A DNA stretch of 64,000 nucleotides from Acidimicrobiia bacterium (GTDB lineage: Bacteria; Actinomycetota; Acidimicrobiia; Spongiisociales; ZC4RG35). The position numbers were made by a program, and so were the translations under genes. The notes beneath the pieces are model-generated. The model was given only the letters and a program-made list of their open reading frames with translations. It searched no databases and had not been told where the DNA came from. The stretch lies in contig OZ244034.1 of assembly GCA_965215185.1 (NCBI GenBank), positions 2,560,001 to 2,624,000 on the forward strand, read 5' to 3'. Positions 51,827-61,266 of this stretch are shown piece after piece; positions within the stretch are counted from its first letter, which is position 1, and each line of letters begins with the position of its first letter.

Positions 51827-52918
51827 ATGAGTCTTAATGGCGCGCCCCTGAGAGTTGCCGTGATCGGCGCCGGGTGGTGGGCGGTGGAGAACCACCTCCC
51901 GGTATTTGCGTCCCGTCCCGATGTTGAAGTCAGGGCTGTTTGTCGGAAGGGTGTTGCTGAGGTAGAGGCGGTGGCAGAACGGTTCGGCGCGCCTATAGCC
52001 ACCGAGGATCACAACCTTCTGCCTTGGGATGAGTTGGATGCGGTGGTGGTTTCCTCGCCGCACAGCTTTCATCACGAGCATGCCATGGCCGCCTTGGATC
52101 GGGGCTTGCATGTGATGTGTGAAAAGCCCCTCGCCATCACCGCAGCCGATGCCTTCGACATGGTGAGACGGGCCCAGGAACAGGGCGTGGTGCTGCTGGT
52201 TCCGCACGGGTGGCAATTCCTTCCCCAGGCCTCGGCCGCCCGTCAGTGGATCAGAGAGGGCCGGATCGGCCGCTTGGAGCATGTAGTTGCCCAAATGGCT
52301 TCCCCTGCCCGGGGGCTTTTTTCTGGAGAGGAGGACTCTATTCCCGGGGCGGAAAGCCCTCCGGAGCCTTCAACCTGGGTTGGTGAGGACGGCGGCTATG
52401 CCTACGGGCAGTTGAGCCACCTGTACTCCTTGGTGTTCTGGCTGACCGGTCTGATTCCCACCGAAGTGATGGGGGCGGTGACTCCCGGCCCGGCAGGAAG
52501 CGACCTGTTTGACGCCTTCCTTTCCACCACCCGCCAAGGTCCTTTGGTGTCGGTCTCTGGAGGAGCGGGGGTCCCGACGTCGCAACGTCACCACATGGAG
52601 GTAAGGGTGTTCGGAACCGAGGGAGTTGTGATTGTGGACTTGGAGAGGGACCGTATAGAGGTGGTTCGTGAAGACGGTGACGACTACGCCTTCCCCTTGA
52701 TGCGGGGGGCCACCCTCTATCCGGGCACTTTCCCGGTGCACGGTTTCTGCGACCTGGCTCTTGGTTATCCGAATGCAGTCAATCATGGGGACCCAGTCGC
52801 CTCTGCTTTGGGGATCTCGGTGATCGAGGCGGGCCTCCGCTCTGCGCAGACTCGCCGTGCCGAGTCTGTTTCTCGGGTGGTGGCTGAAGCCGAAGCTAGG
52901 GGCGTCAAGCTGGACTAG
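51827..52918 (+). CDS. Gfo/Idh/MocA oxidoreductase
   Basis: VAVIGAG, HVMCEKP. Confidence 0.9.
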   Translation: MSLNGAPLRVAVIGAGWWAVENHLPVFASRPDVEVRAVCRKGVAEVEAVAERFGAPIATEDHNLLPWDELDAVVVSSPHSFHHEHAMAALDRGLHVMCEKPLAITAADAFDMVRRAQEQGVVLLVPHGWQFLPQASAARQWIREGRIGRLEHVVAQMASPARGLFSGEEDSIPGAESPPEPSTWVGEDGGYAYGQLSHLYSLVFWLTGLIPTEVMGAVTPGPAGSDLFDAFLSTTRQGPLVSVSGGAGVPTSQRHHMEVRVFGTEGVVIVDLERDRIEVVREDGDDYAFPLMRGATLYPGTFPVHGFCDLALGYPNAVNHGDPVASALGISVIEAGLRSAQTRRAESVSRVVAEAEARGVKLD

Positions 52919-53208
52919 CCAGCCGCGGCAGGCGGGATTAGCCTCCACGATTTCACCTGAGCGCACCGCCACTGCTCTGTTGTCTTTCCTGCCGTGCCCC
53001 TGATCCACCGTCATCGGGTGGGGTGGGCGAATGGGAAACCCTGGTTTGTCTTCGGATGCTCTAGCCTGCCAGCGGGCCAGAGTCCATGACCCTTTGACGG
53101 CTGAAAAAAACCGAGCCTACGGCAGTCGGGGGATGGCAACCCAACCTAGCATGATCAATTAGGTGTTCGGTCATCCTGTGATCGAACTTGGTAGAAAGCA
53201 GGTGAGTC

Positions 53209-53985
53209 ATGGCAAGTATTCCGCCCGACGAACGCCCGCTTCTGGTTTGTCGTGTCGACTGTCCTCCCCCTCTGCAAGAGGAGCTTGACGATTGGACTCC
53301 CTGGCACTTTGACGACTTCGGCCGTCATTACGCAGTCCTAGGGGCGTCCAGCTACAAGATTGTTCGCGACTTTGATCCTGAAACCGGGCTACCCGCGGCA
53401 TTCAATGCCTCCCAGGCCACCCGCTTCATTCCATATGTGGCAACTAATATCCCGGACATGCACGCCTGGATCGGAAGTGAAGTGGTGACGGGAGGTTTGG
53501 ACGAACCCACAATGGAACGCGAGTCGAAGTATCCATCATTGGAGCAAGAGCCGTTCAATGGAACGATGATGACCGCTTCCAAGGTGATTGGAGCTTTGGG
53601 AAGAGAGCAGGTCGGCAGCGGTGGTTGCGTTATCGAACGCTTCGAAGTGGGCCCCGAGCACGAAACGGAGTTCGACGAGTGGCTCGACGATCCTCATCTT
53701 GGTAGCTACGCGGAGCTGGACGGATGGATCAGAATTCGGACCTTTCGAGGGGACCGCACTGCCGACTATGCCTTTCCCTGGAATCGTTACCTGGGCAAGG
53801 GCAACCGGATGCTCTGGTGTGAGTTGAGGGGGGATGTGGACCCCAAAGAGTTTGTTCGACGCCCGGAATACAACGAGATACTGCGAAGCTCACTCCGCTG
53901 GGACGCGGTGTTGCCGTACATAACACGGGAAGCCTGTGAGGGCTTCATCGTTCGTGATCTCTCCCAGATTCCTTCAGCCGTCTGA
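53209..53985 (+). CDS. Hypothetical protein, two-repeat dimeric alpha/beta-barrel-like (EthD/DUF4286-like)
   Basis: LDDWTPWH and ERFEV...EFDEWL..PHL repeats; paralog of 57344-58066. Confidence 0.7.
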   Translation: MASIPPDERPLLVCRVDCPPPLQEELDDWTPWHFDDFGRHYAVLGASSYKIVRDFDPETGLPAAFNASQATRFIPYVATNIPDMHAWIGSEVVTGGLDEPTMERESKYPSLEQEPFNGTMMTASKVIGALGREQVGSGGCVIERFEVGPEHETEFDEWLDDPHLGSYAELDGWIRIRTFRGDRTADYAFPWNRYLGKGNRMLWCELRGDVDPKEFVRRPEYNEILRSSLRWDAVLPYITREACEGFIVRDLSQIPSAV

Positions 53986-54091
53986 CGCTTGGCGTCATGA
54001 CAATGAACAAAAAGGAACTCCTTGTCGCTAAGGAGAACTGCTACTTGAACCACCAGTCCGGAAAGAAAACGATTACTACGAGGAGTTGAAA

Positions 54092-55477
54092 ATGAGAATG
54101 CGTACCGAAAGAGAAATTATCCAGCGGGCGAGGCTGGCTGGCATGTCCCGGCGAGAGTTTATCAGGCTTGGCGGGACAGTGGCCGCGGCCGCAGCGTTCC
54201 TGGCCGCCTGCGGCGATGATGCGAGCCCAACCACTACAGCTGCTCCAACCACTGCGGCGCCCACCACTGCGGCCGCGCCTACCACCACCGCAGCTCCTGA
54301 CGCTGACGACATTGGTGGCGAGATCACTCTTTGGGCCTGGGGGGCGGGCCTTGAGGGAGAGAAGATTCAAGAGAGAATCGCGTACTTCAAGGGCAAGTAC
54401 CCCAATGTCACCGTCAACTGGGAGCCGCTGGCCGCCAACGGATATGAAGAGTATCCGCAGTTGCTGGCGCGATTTGCCGCTGGGAACGCACCGGATGTGA
54501 TGCGGGTGCTCAACTTCCAGCCCACCCAGCTAGTAGCCGAGGGTGAGGCCCTTCTTCAACTTGATGACTACATAGCGCGAGATGCTGAAGAACTCAATAT
54601 GGGCGATTTCATCCCAACCACGGTCCAAGGAGCGATGGTCGACGGGAAGATGTATGGATTGCCCGACAACACCGAACCATATGTCATCTACTACAACCGT
54701 GACGCTTTCGATGCGGCGGGGTTGGACGATCCGCAGGCGCTTTTCCAGGCGGGCGAATGGAACGAGGAGGCTTTCACCGCTTCCATCGACGGTCTTATCG
54801 CCAACGGTATGCGCTTCGGAGCTTCATTTGAGTCTTGGAACTACGACACCTTCTGCTTCATGGGCGGCGGGACCATTCTCAACGAGAATCTTGAGGCGAC
54901 CATCAATCAGGGGGCCAGCCCCGAGATGCTCGGCTATTTTGCCAAACTGATCCAGGATGGCAAGTCGCCCAGCCCGGTGGTGGCCGGAGGGACTCATTTG
55001 GAGGCTTTCCGGAATCAGCAGACGGGCATGTACCTGATGGGTCCGTGGTGGTACGGAGCTTTGGCGGGAACCGTTGATTTCGACTACGACGTGACTGCGC
55101 TCCCCAGCTTCAACGGGGTCCGGGCAGGCAAGCTCGAGTTGGGATCTCTCTCCATATCTTCGCAATCGAAGAATCCCGAGGCGGCTTGGGCCTTTGCCAA
55201 GACTGTCACAGACACTAGGGGTCTTGAGATTTGGAGTGCGGTGGCCACGCCGACTCGTCGCAGCGCCCTGGAGGTCGCCGGATTCAACGACGTGCAATGG
55301 AAGAAGGATGCGGTCGCCATGGTCGAAGCCGGAACGTGGACGCCTTTCACTACCCAGGGCTTTGCGGTCGATTCTGCTGCTGGTGCAGCTTTGGACTTGC
55401 TGTGGGCCGGTGAGGCTACCGCGGAAGAGGCTACGGCTGATGCGGCGAGCAGAATCACGGAAGCTCTCGCGGGCTGA
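54092..55477 (+). CDS. Carbohydrate ABC substrate-binding lipoprotein (Tat signal)
   Basis: SRREFI twin-Arg, LAAC lipobox, GKMYGLP, YYNRDAFDAAG. Confidence 0.92.
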   Translation: MRMRTEREIIQRARLAGMSRREFIRLGGTVAAAAAFLAACGDDASPTTTAAPTTAAPTTAAAPTTTAAPDADDIGGEITLWAWGAGLEGEKIQERIAYFKGKYPNVTVNWEPLAANGYEEYPQLLARFAAGNAPDVMRVLNFQPTQLVAEGEALLQLDDYIARDAEELNMGDFIPTTVQGAMVDGKMYGLPDNTEPYVIYYNRDAFDAAGLDDPQALFQAGEWNEEAFTASIDGLIANGMRFGASFESWNYDTFCFMGGGTILNENLEATINQGASPEMLGYFAKLIQDGKSPSPVVAGGTHLEAFRNQQTGMYLMGPWWYGALAGTVDFDYDVTALPSFNGVRAGKLELGSLSISSQSKNPEAAWAFAKTVTDTRGLEIWSAVATPTRRSALEVAGFNDVQWKKDAVAMVEAGTWTPFTTQGFAVDSAAGAALDLLWAGEATAEEATADAASRITEALAG

Positions 55478-55524
55478 TCCGTCTGGGTGATCGCATCACC
55501 AAGATAAAAACGCCACGATCGGAT

Positions 55525-56454
55525 ATGGGGGGCTCACCCGTTGAGTCCCCCATATTCAGACGGCCGACGTTGCGCTGGAGGAGTAAAAGCACGCTCGTCG
55601 CCTACGGGTTTCTCGCTCCATGGATCATTGGTCTAGCCGTCTTCTACCTCGGCCCGATTGCCACTTCGGCCGTTCTGTCGTTCACCGATTACAACATCAT
55701 CTCACCGGCGGAGTTCACCGGTCTGGACAACTATGAGAAGATGCTCACCGACGGTGATTTTGTGCAGTCCGTCAAGGTGACTCTCTACTACACGGTCTTT
55801 TTCTTGTTCACCTATGTGGTCTTGGCTCTGTTTGTGGCGATGCTGGCGCACCGCCCTGGAAGGGGAACCGGACTGTTTCGGTTGATTGTCTTCCTTCCGT
55901 CCCTGATTCCGTTGTTCGCGGCGGCGGTGCTGTGGGGGTGGATATTCAACACCGACTTCGGGCTGGTCAACTATGTGTTCGAGCAGTTTGGTATTCCCCG
56001 TCAAGGGTTCTTTCAGTCTCCGGACCAGGCCCTTCCTCTGATTGGAATGCTGACCTTCTGGTCTATCGGGTCGGCCTTTCTGGTTTATCTTTCAGGGCTT
56101 CAATCGATCCCGATTCATCTCTATGAAGCGATTACTGTCGATGGTGCGTCGGGCATTCGCCGGTTCTGGCACATAACTCTTCCCATGCTGAGCCCGGTAA
56201 TTCTTTTCAACCTCATAATCGGCATCGTGCTGTCTTTTCAGGTCTTCGACATTGCTTGGGTGCTGACCGACGGCGGTCCCGCCAATCGCACGCTCTTTTG
56301 GGTGCTGTTGATTTTCCGGCGGGCGTTCGAAGACTTCCAGATGGGGTATGCCTCCGCTTTGTCCTGGGTGTTGTTCATTGTGGTTGCCGGAGTGACCGGT
56401 TTGATTTTCCGGACGGCGCGGTGGTGGGTTCATTACGAAGGCAAGTCGCAATGA
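55525..56454 (+). CDS. Carbohydrate ABC permease (MalF-like)
   Basis: GLQSIPIHLYEAITVDGA EAA loop; start uncertain. Confidence 0.93.
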   Translation: MGGSPVESPIFRRPTLRWRSKSTLVAYGFLAPWIIGLAVFYLGPIATSAVLSFTDYNIISPAEFTGLDNYEKMLTDGDFVQSVKVTLYYTVFFLFTYVVLALFVAMLAHRPGRGTGLFRLIVFLPSLIPLFAAAVLWGWIFNTDFGLVNYVFEQFGIPRQGFFQSPDQALPLIGMLTFWSIGSAFLVYLSGLQSIPIHLYEAITVDGASGIRRFWHITLPMLSPVILFNLIIGIVLSFQVFDIAWVLTDGGPANRTLFWVLLIFRRAFEDFQMGYASALSWVLFIVVAGVTGLIFRTARWWVHYEGKSQ

Positions 56455-57344
56455 CGGTTGCGAGAAACGCGTCGCGTCCGCCTCCTGCCGGAGATCTTGC
56501 GCAACGGCTGCAGCAGCGGCGCAGGGTCTTGTGGTACCTGGGGTTGGTTTTCATAGCCCTTGTCATGATCGTCCCTGTCTATTACATGATCTACCTGGCA
56601 TTTTCCCAGCCGGGGCGCGAATTTGCGTTTCCCCCAGGCTTTTTTCCCGATCCCATAAGCGTCGAAAACATAGCACGGGCCCCCGGCGGTACGGCCACCC
56701 CGTTGTGGGGGTTCGCCCGCAACAGTGTCATGTATGCTGGTTTGGCGACTTTGGGAGCATTGGTGGCGGAATCCATGGCTGGCTTTGCTCTGGCGCGGAT
56801 GCACTTCCCTGGTCGAAACGTCATTTTTGCTCTCACCGTGGGCATGTTGATCATGCCGTTTGTGGCGACCATCATTCCCAAGTTTTTGCTGTTCAGCAAG
56901 ATTGGGCTGGTGGACAGCTATTGGGCGTTGATTCTGCCGTGGTGGTTCGGAGGGTCCCCCTATGGGATCTTCTTGATGCGTCAATTTTTCCTCACCATTC
57001 CCCGAGAATTCGACGAGGCCGCACGCATTGATGGGGCCGGTCCGTGGAGAACCATGTGGTTGGTGCTCATGCCCCAGTCGGTCCCGGTTCTGGTGGCGCT
57101 GGGCATGCTGCACTTCGCCTACTTTTGGAATGATCTGTTGGGACCCCTGGTGTTCTGCCAGACACGGGTTTGCAAGACGCTTCCGCAGGGCATTCTATCC
57201 AACTACCTGTCGACGTGGGATCCCCAGTGGGCGCTGTTCATGATGTCCACATCGCTTATGGTGCTGCCGGTCGCCGTGGTGTTCATTCTGGCTCAAAGGC
57301 GGTTCAAACAGGGGTTCCTGTTCTCGGGACTGGGAGGACGCTGA
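56451..57344 (+). CDS. Carbohydrate ABC permease (MalG-like)
   Basis: FLMRQFFLTIPREFDEAARIDGA. Confidence 0.93.
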   Translation: MTVARNASRPPPAGDLAQRLQQRRRVLWYLGLVFIALVMIVPVYYMIYLAFSQPGREFAFPPGFFPDPISVENIARAPGGTATPLWGFARNSVMYAGLATLGALVAESMAGFALARMHFPGRNVIFALTVGMLIMPFVATIIPKFLLFSKIGLVDSYWALILPWWFGGSPYGIFLMRQFFLTIPREFDEAARIDGAGPWRTMWLVLMPQSVPVLVALGMLHFAYFWNDLLGPLVFCQTRVCKTLPQGILSNYLSTWDPQWALFMMSTSLMVLPVAVVFILAQRRFKQGFLFSGLGGR

Positions 57345-58066
57345 TGGCGCATCTGGGAGCCGTGCTGATCGCTCGGGCCTGGCCACAAAAGCACGCCCTT
57401 GCCGACTTCGATCGGTGGCAAATGAGTAAACATCTTGTCGAATTGGTGGAGCTACCAGGTGTCCGGCGGGTGAGTTACTATGCCACTCGAACTTCCGGCG
57501 TTCCGCAAGCCTGGCAGGGCAGCGGCAACCGGATGGCGGCCTATTGGGCGGAGGACCTGACCGCGCTCAAGCGCTGGATGTCGGACCCCGGCCTGGCGCT
57601 GGCCATTGAAGACGGGAGCCGGTTTTTCGATTCCTTCAACGAACTGGATGGCAGCACCTACACGGGAAATGTCTATCAGCTCGGACCCAGGTGGCCAGGA
57701 GATCCCGATCCATCCCTGGAGGGTTGTCTGCTCATGCAGCGATTCGAGGTGGGCGATCATCAGAAGGAGGAGTTTGACGATTGGATCGTGCGCAAACACC
57801 TGCCGGCGCTGCGCAGTATCAAAGGGTGGAGGTGGGTCCAATGGGGAAAGGCGGTTCGGGGACTGCCGGTTCAGTATTACAACTCGCCGGGCAATCGCGT
57901 TGTGTTGGCGGAGTTGGATCAGCCGAAGGCGCCTTCCCTGACTGTCCGGTCCGTAGACCGCGTCTTGGCCGATTCAGTGAGGTGGGATCGCTGTCTTGAT
58001 TATGTCCGGCGGGAGGTTGACGAGCCTGTCGCACTATTGGAAAAGCCTTTGGGGGTGTCCGCATGA
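57344..58066 (+). CDS. Hypothetical protein, paralog of 53209-53985
   Basis: DFDRWQMSKHL and QRFEV...EFDDWIVRKHL; shared GNR and S.RWD..L.Y..RE; translationally coupled on both sides. Confidence 0.75.
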   Translation: MAHLGAVLIARAWPQKHALADFDRWQMSKHLVELVELPGVRRVSYYATRTSGVPQAWQGSGNRMAAYWAEDLTALKRWMSDPGLALAIEDGSRFFDSFNELDGSTYTGNVYQLGPRWPGDPDPSLEGCLLMQRFEVGDHQKEEFDDWIVRKHLPALRSIKGWRWVQWGKAVRGLPVQYYNSPGNRVVLAELDQPKAPSLTVRSVDRVLADSVRWDRCLDYVRREVDEPVALLEKPLGVSA

Positions 58067-59283
58067 CGTCCGTGACTCTGGAGAACGTTTGGAAGGTCTA
58101 CTACGACGGCACGGTCGCTGTCGACAATCTGGACCTGACTGTGGAGGAGGGCGAATTGATGGTATTGGTGGGTCCGTCCGGTTGCGGGAAATCGTCCATT
58201 CTCAGGATGATCGCCGGGTTGGAGGAGATCTCTGAAGGGTCTCTCTACATCGGAGGGGAAAGAGTCAACGACGTCTCTCCCGACAAGCGCAACATCGCCA
58301 TGGTCTTCCAAAACTACGCGCTTTATCCCCATATGACCGTAGCCAAGAACATGGGATTCAGCCTGAGACTCCAACATGTGGCCAGGGCCATCCGGGATCG
58401 GGTGGTGGGCGAGACCGCCAATGTGCTGGGTTTGAGCGACCTATTGGAACGACAGCCGGCCCAACTGAGTGGTGGACAGCGACAACGGGTGGCCATGGGA
58501 CGCGCCATGGTGCGAGACCCCCGGGTTTTTCTGCTCGACGAACCTCTTTCGAATCTGGACGCCAAGTTGCGAACTCAGATGCGTTCGGAGGTGCGGGAAC
58601 TTCAGCGCCGTCTCGATTCGACGATGATCTATGTCACCCACGACCAAACCGAAGCCATGACCATGGCCGACCGGATCGCGGTGCTGAGGCGGGGGGTGCT
58701 GCAGCAGGTGGGTGCCCCCAGGCAACTGTATTGGGAGCCGGCGAACCTGTTCGTGGCGGATTTCATCGGTTCGCCTGCGATGAATCTGCTCCAAGGGCGA
58801 CTCCAAGTCAATGGCGACCGAGTTGCCATGCTCTACGGTGACGGAAGAGTTTTCGAACTGCCATCTGGACTCCTGACAGGTTCTCCTCGTCCCGATGCAC
58901 AGGGGAAAGAGGTGATACTGGGTGTTCGACCGGAGCATTTCGCATTCGCCGACAACGGATCACAGCGGGGTATCCCGGTACGGGTACGATTCTCCGAGGT
59001 ACTCGGATCGGAGACTCTGGTGCACGTTGATGTGCCCGCCCCCACTGTCGTCACCGAAGGACTCCGTGAAATCGCCAAGGACATTGATGAGACCATCTTG
59101 AGCCAGTTGGAGGAGGCTCGCGAGAGCAGGTTCGTCATCAAGCTGAACGGTGATAGACCGATTGAGGCTGGCGAAAACCTGCATGTCGTTCCGAACGAGG
59201 ACAGCCGTCTCTATTTCTTCGACCCGGAGTCGCCGTCGACGCCCGCTTGGCTGTTGAACCCAAAGGAGGAAGATCATGAGTGA
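58063..59283 (+). CDS. Carbohydrate ABC ATP-binding protein (MalK/UgpC family)
   Basis: GPSGCGKS, LSGGQRQRVAMGRA, DEPLSNLDAKLR. Confidence 0.95.
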   Translation: MTSVTLENVWKVYYDGTVAVDNLDLTVEEGELMVLVGPSGCGKSSILRMIAGLEEISEGSLYIGGERVNDVSPDKRNIAMVFQNYALYPHMTVAKNMGFSLRLQHVARAIRDRVVGETANVLGLSDLLERQPAQLSGGQRQRVAMGRAMVRDPRVFLLDEPLSNLDAKLRTQMRSEVRELQRRLDSTMIYVTHDQTEAMTMADRIAVLRRGVLQQVGAPRQLYWEPANLFVADFIGSPAMNLLQGRLQVNGDRVAMLYGDGRVFELPSGLLTGSPRPDAQGKEVILGVRPEHFAFADNGSQRGIPVRVRFSEVLGSETLVHVDVPAPTVVTEGLREIAKDIDETILSQLEEARESRFVIKLNGDRPIEAGENLHVVPNEDSRLYFFDPESPSTPAWLLNPKEEDHE

Positions 59284-60295
59284 TCCCAAGCTTTCGAGAC
59301 TCGCGCTCGGTTGTTACCCGCTTGGTGGCGGGTACGGGAATCTGGATTTGGATGTAGCCCGCGCCACCGTGGACGCGGCTGTGGATGCCGGTTGGACGTT
59401 TCTAGACACGGCCGAGGGGTATCTGGATTCGGAGGTGAGGCTGGGAAGATTCCTGTCGGGGCGCCGAGACCAGGTCTTCCTGGCCACCAAGGTGTTTCCG
59501 AACGAGCCTTATACATATGAAAACATGCGGGTCTCTTTGAACAACAGCCTGCGGAAGCTACGCACAGATCGGGTTGATCTGCTTCAGTTGCACGGCCCCC
59601 CCGACTGGGTGATCAAATTCGATGACGCACCTTCCATGGCCGAGGTGGGAGAGTCCTTGGCCCGTTTGGTGGAAAGCGGAGACGTTCTCAACGTGGGCGT
59701 CTGCAACCTTCCCGTGTCCCTGATGGAGGAGCTTTCTACAACCGTCTCGCTGTTTTCGACCCAGAACCTGTGGTCGCTGTATGACCAGGTTGGGACAGAC
59801 GACGGGATCCATCTGCCGGTGGGCGAGTCGATCATCCCCTGGTGCCGGGATCACGGGGTAAATGTGTTTGCCTTCAGTCCCCTCGGTCGGGGTCTGCTCG
59901 CCGACGGATTGTCGCCCGACCGCACCTTTCCGACTCACGATGAGCGTTTTTACCTTCCCCGTTTCCAGCCCGATGTATATCCTGACTGGGCACGCCTTTC
60001 GAATCGCCTTAAGGGATGGGCGCGGGATCACGGACGGACACTGGTGCAGTTGGCGGTGGCGTGGACGCTGGCCACTCCCGGGGTCACTTCGACGCTGATA
60101 GGCGCCAAGACACCGCGACATATCGAAGCCATGGCCGGGGCCGACGAATGGGAGCTGTCAGAAAACGATCTTCAGGAGATAGACCACATCATTGCCACGC
60201 TTCCACCTAAGGCCGCCGCTGCCCTGTCCATCGTCTGGGACCACTTCCCCGAGGATGCGGTTCGGGCCATGGCCGATCGTCGCCACGGCCGTTAG
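59276..60295 (+). CDS. Aldo/keto reductase
   Basis: LDTAEGY, LATK, DLLQLH, FSPLGRGLL. Confidence 0.92.
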   Translation: MSDPKLSRLALGCYPLGGGYGNLDLDVARATVDAAVDAGWTFLDTAEGYLDSEVRLGRFLSGRRDQVFLATKVFPNEPYTYENMRVSLNNSLRKLRTDRVDLLQLHGPPDWVIKFDDAPSMAEVGESLARLVESGDVLNVGVCNLPVSLMEELSTTVSLFSTQNLWSLYDQVGTDDGIHLPVGESIIPWCRDHGVNVFAFSPLGRGLLADGLSPDRTFPTHDERFYLPRFQPDVYPDWARLSNRLKGWARDHGRTLVQLAVAWTLATPGVTSTLIGAKTPRHIEAMAGADEWELSENDLQEIDHIIATLPPKAAAALSIVWDHFPEDAVRAMADRRHGR

Positions 60296-60346
60296 GCAGA
60301 CCACCGGAACGACCCTATTTTCGACTAACAAAGACAGGCGCCGGTT

Positions 60347-61213
60347 CTATATTGAACCTAGGGTTGCCAGGGCTTGGCGGATCTGGTCGCGGACGTAGAT
60401 GGTCTCCGACAGGTTATCCACCCGGTCGCAGTCCCACTTCTGCATCCGAACGTATTCGGCCGAAATGAACCCGTTGTAGTCCATGGCGGCCAACTGTCGG
60501 ACGAGCCGTTGGATGTCAATGGTTCCCTCATAGGAGATGGCCTGCATAACCTCTGGCGCTGCTTGACGGACCTGATGATGCCTCGAGATAGGCAGAAGCG
60601 TCTCGAGGCGTTCTTGGGGGATGCCCTGGTAGATGAAATGGGCAAAATCAAGGCACACCTTCAGGCCAGGGACCTGCGCAACGAACTGGGCGGTAGTCTC
60701 GGGGGTCTCGGTGATGGAACCTAAGTGGGGCTCGAAACCAAGTTCCAAGCCGGCTTCCTGGGCCACTTCCACCCGCCAATTCAGTTCCTCAGCGGCAAGT
60801 CCCCAGTCCCGGGAGGGATCGTTGCCGTCGAAAGGGCAGCCGGGCAGGATGGTGAGTCCGGGAGACTCCAAGACCAGGGTGAACTCCACGAAACGCCGGA
60901 AGTCGTCGCGGGCGGTGGTGCGTACCTCCGCCGAGGGGTTATTGGGCGCCGCCGACTGCACGTCGAACACGGGCCGAAAGTCGGTGATCACTATGGGAAA
61001 CACATCTGCCACCACCAGTCCGGCATCGTCGACCATGGCCTTCACCCTCCGGCCAACGCCGGTCGGATCGGCGATCACCTCCTCGGCGGAATTGTTGGGG
61101 TTGCCCGAGAAGACAGCCACGTCCACCGCGTCGAATTCCAATCCCTTGATAAGAGCAAGATTCACATCGTAAGGCAGGAGCGGGAAGGAATAGTCGGCGC
61201 ACGAAAGCCTCAT
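60347..61213 (-). CDS. Sugar phosphate isomerase/epimerase (AP endonuclease 2 TIM barrel)
   Basis: FEPH, CLDFAH, ISAEY metal-binding pattern. Confidence 0.85.
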   Translation of the reverse strand: MRLSCADYSFPLLPYDVNLALIKGLEFDAVDVAVFSGNPNNSAEEVIADPTGVGRRVKAMVDDAGLVVADVFPIVITDFRPVFDVQSAAPNNPSAEVRTTARDDFRRFVEFTLVLESPGLTILPGCPFDGNDPSRDWGLAAEELNWRVEVAQEAGLELGFEPHLGSITETPETTAQFVAQVPGLKVCLDFAHFIYQGIPQERLETLLPISRHHQVRQAAPEVMQAISYEGTIDIQRLVRQLAAMDYNGFISAEYVRMQKWDCDRVDNLSETIYVRDQIRQALATLGSI

Positions 61214-61266
61214 GAGGCGTTCCTTTCGGTGGCGGGATAGCAGCTGCTATTAAAGTTAGACCAACC

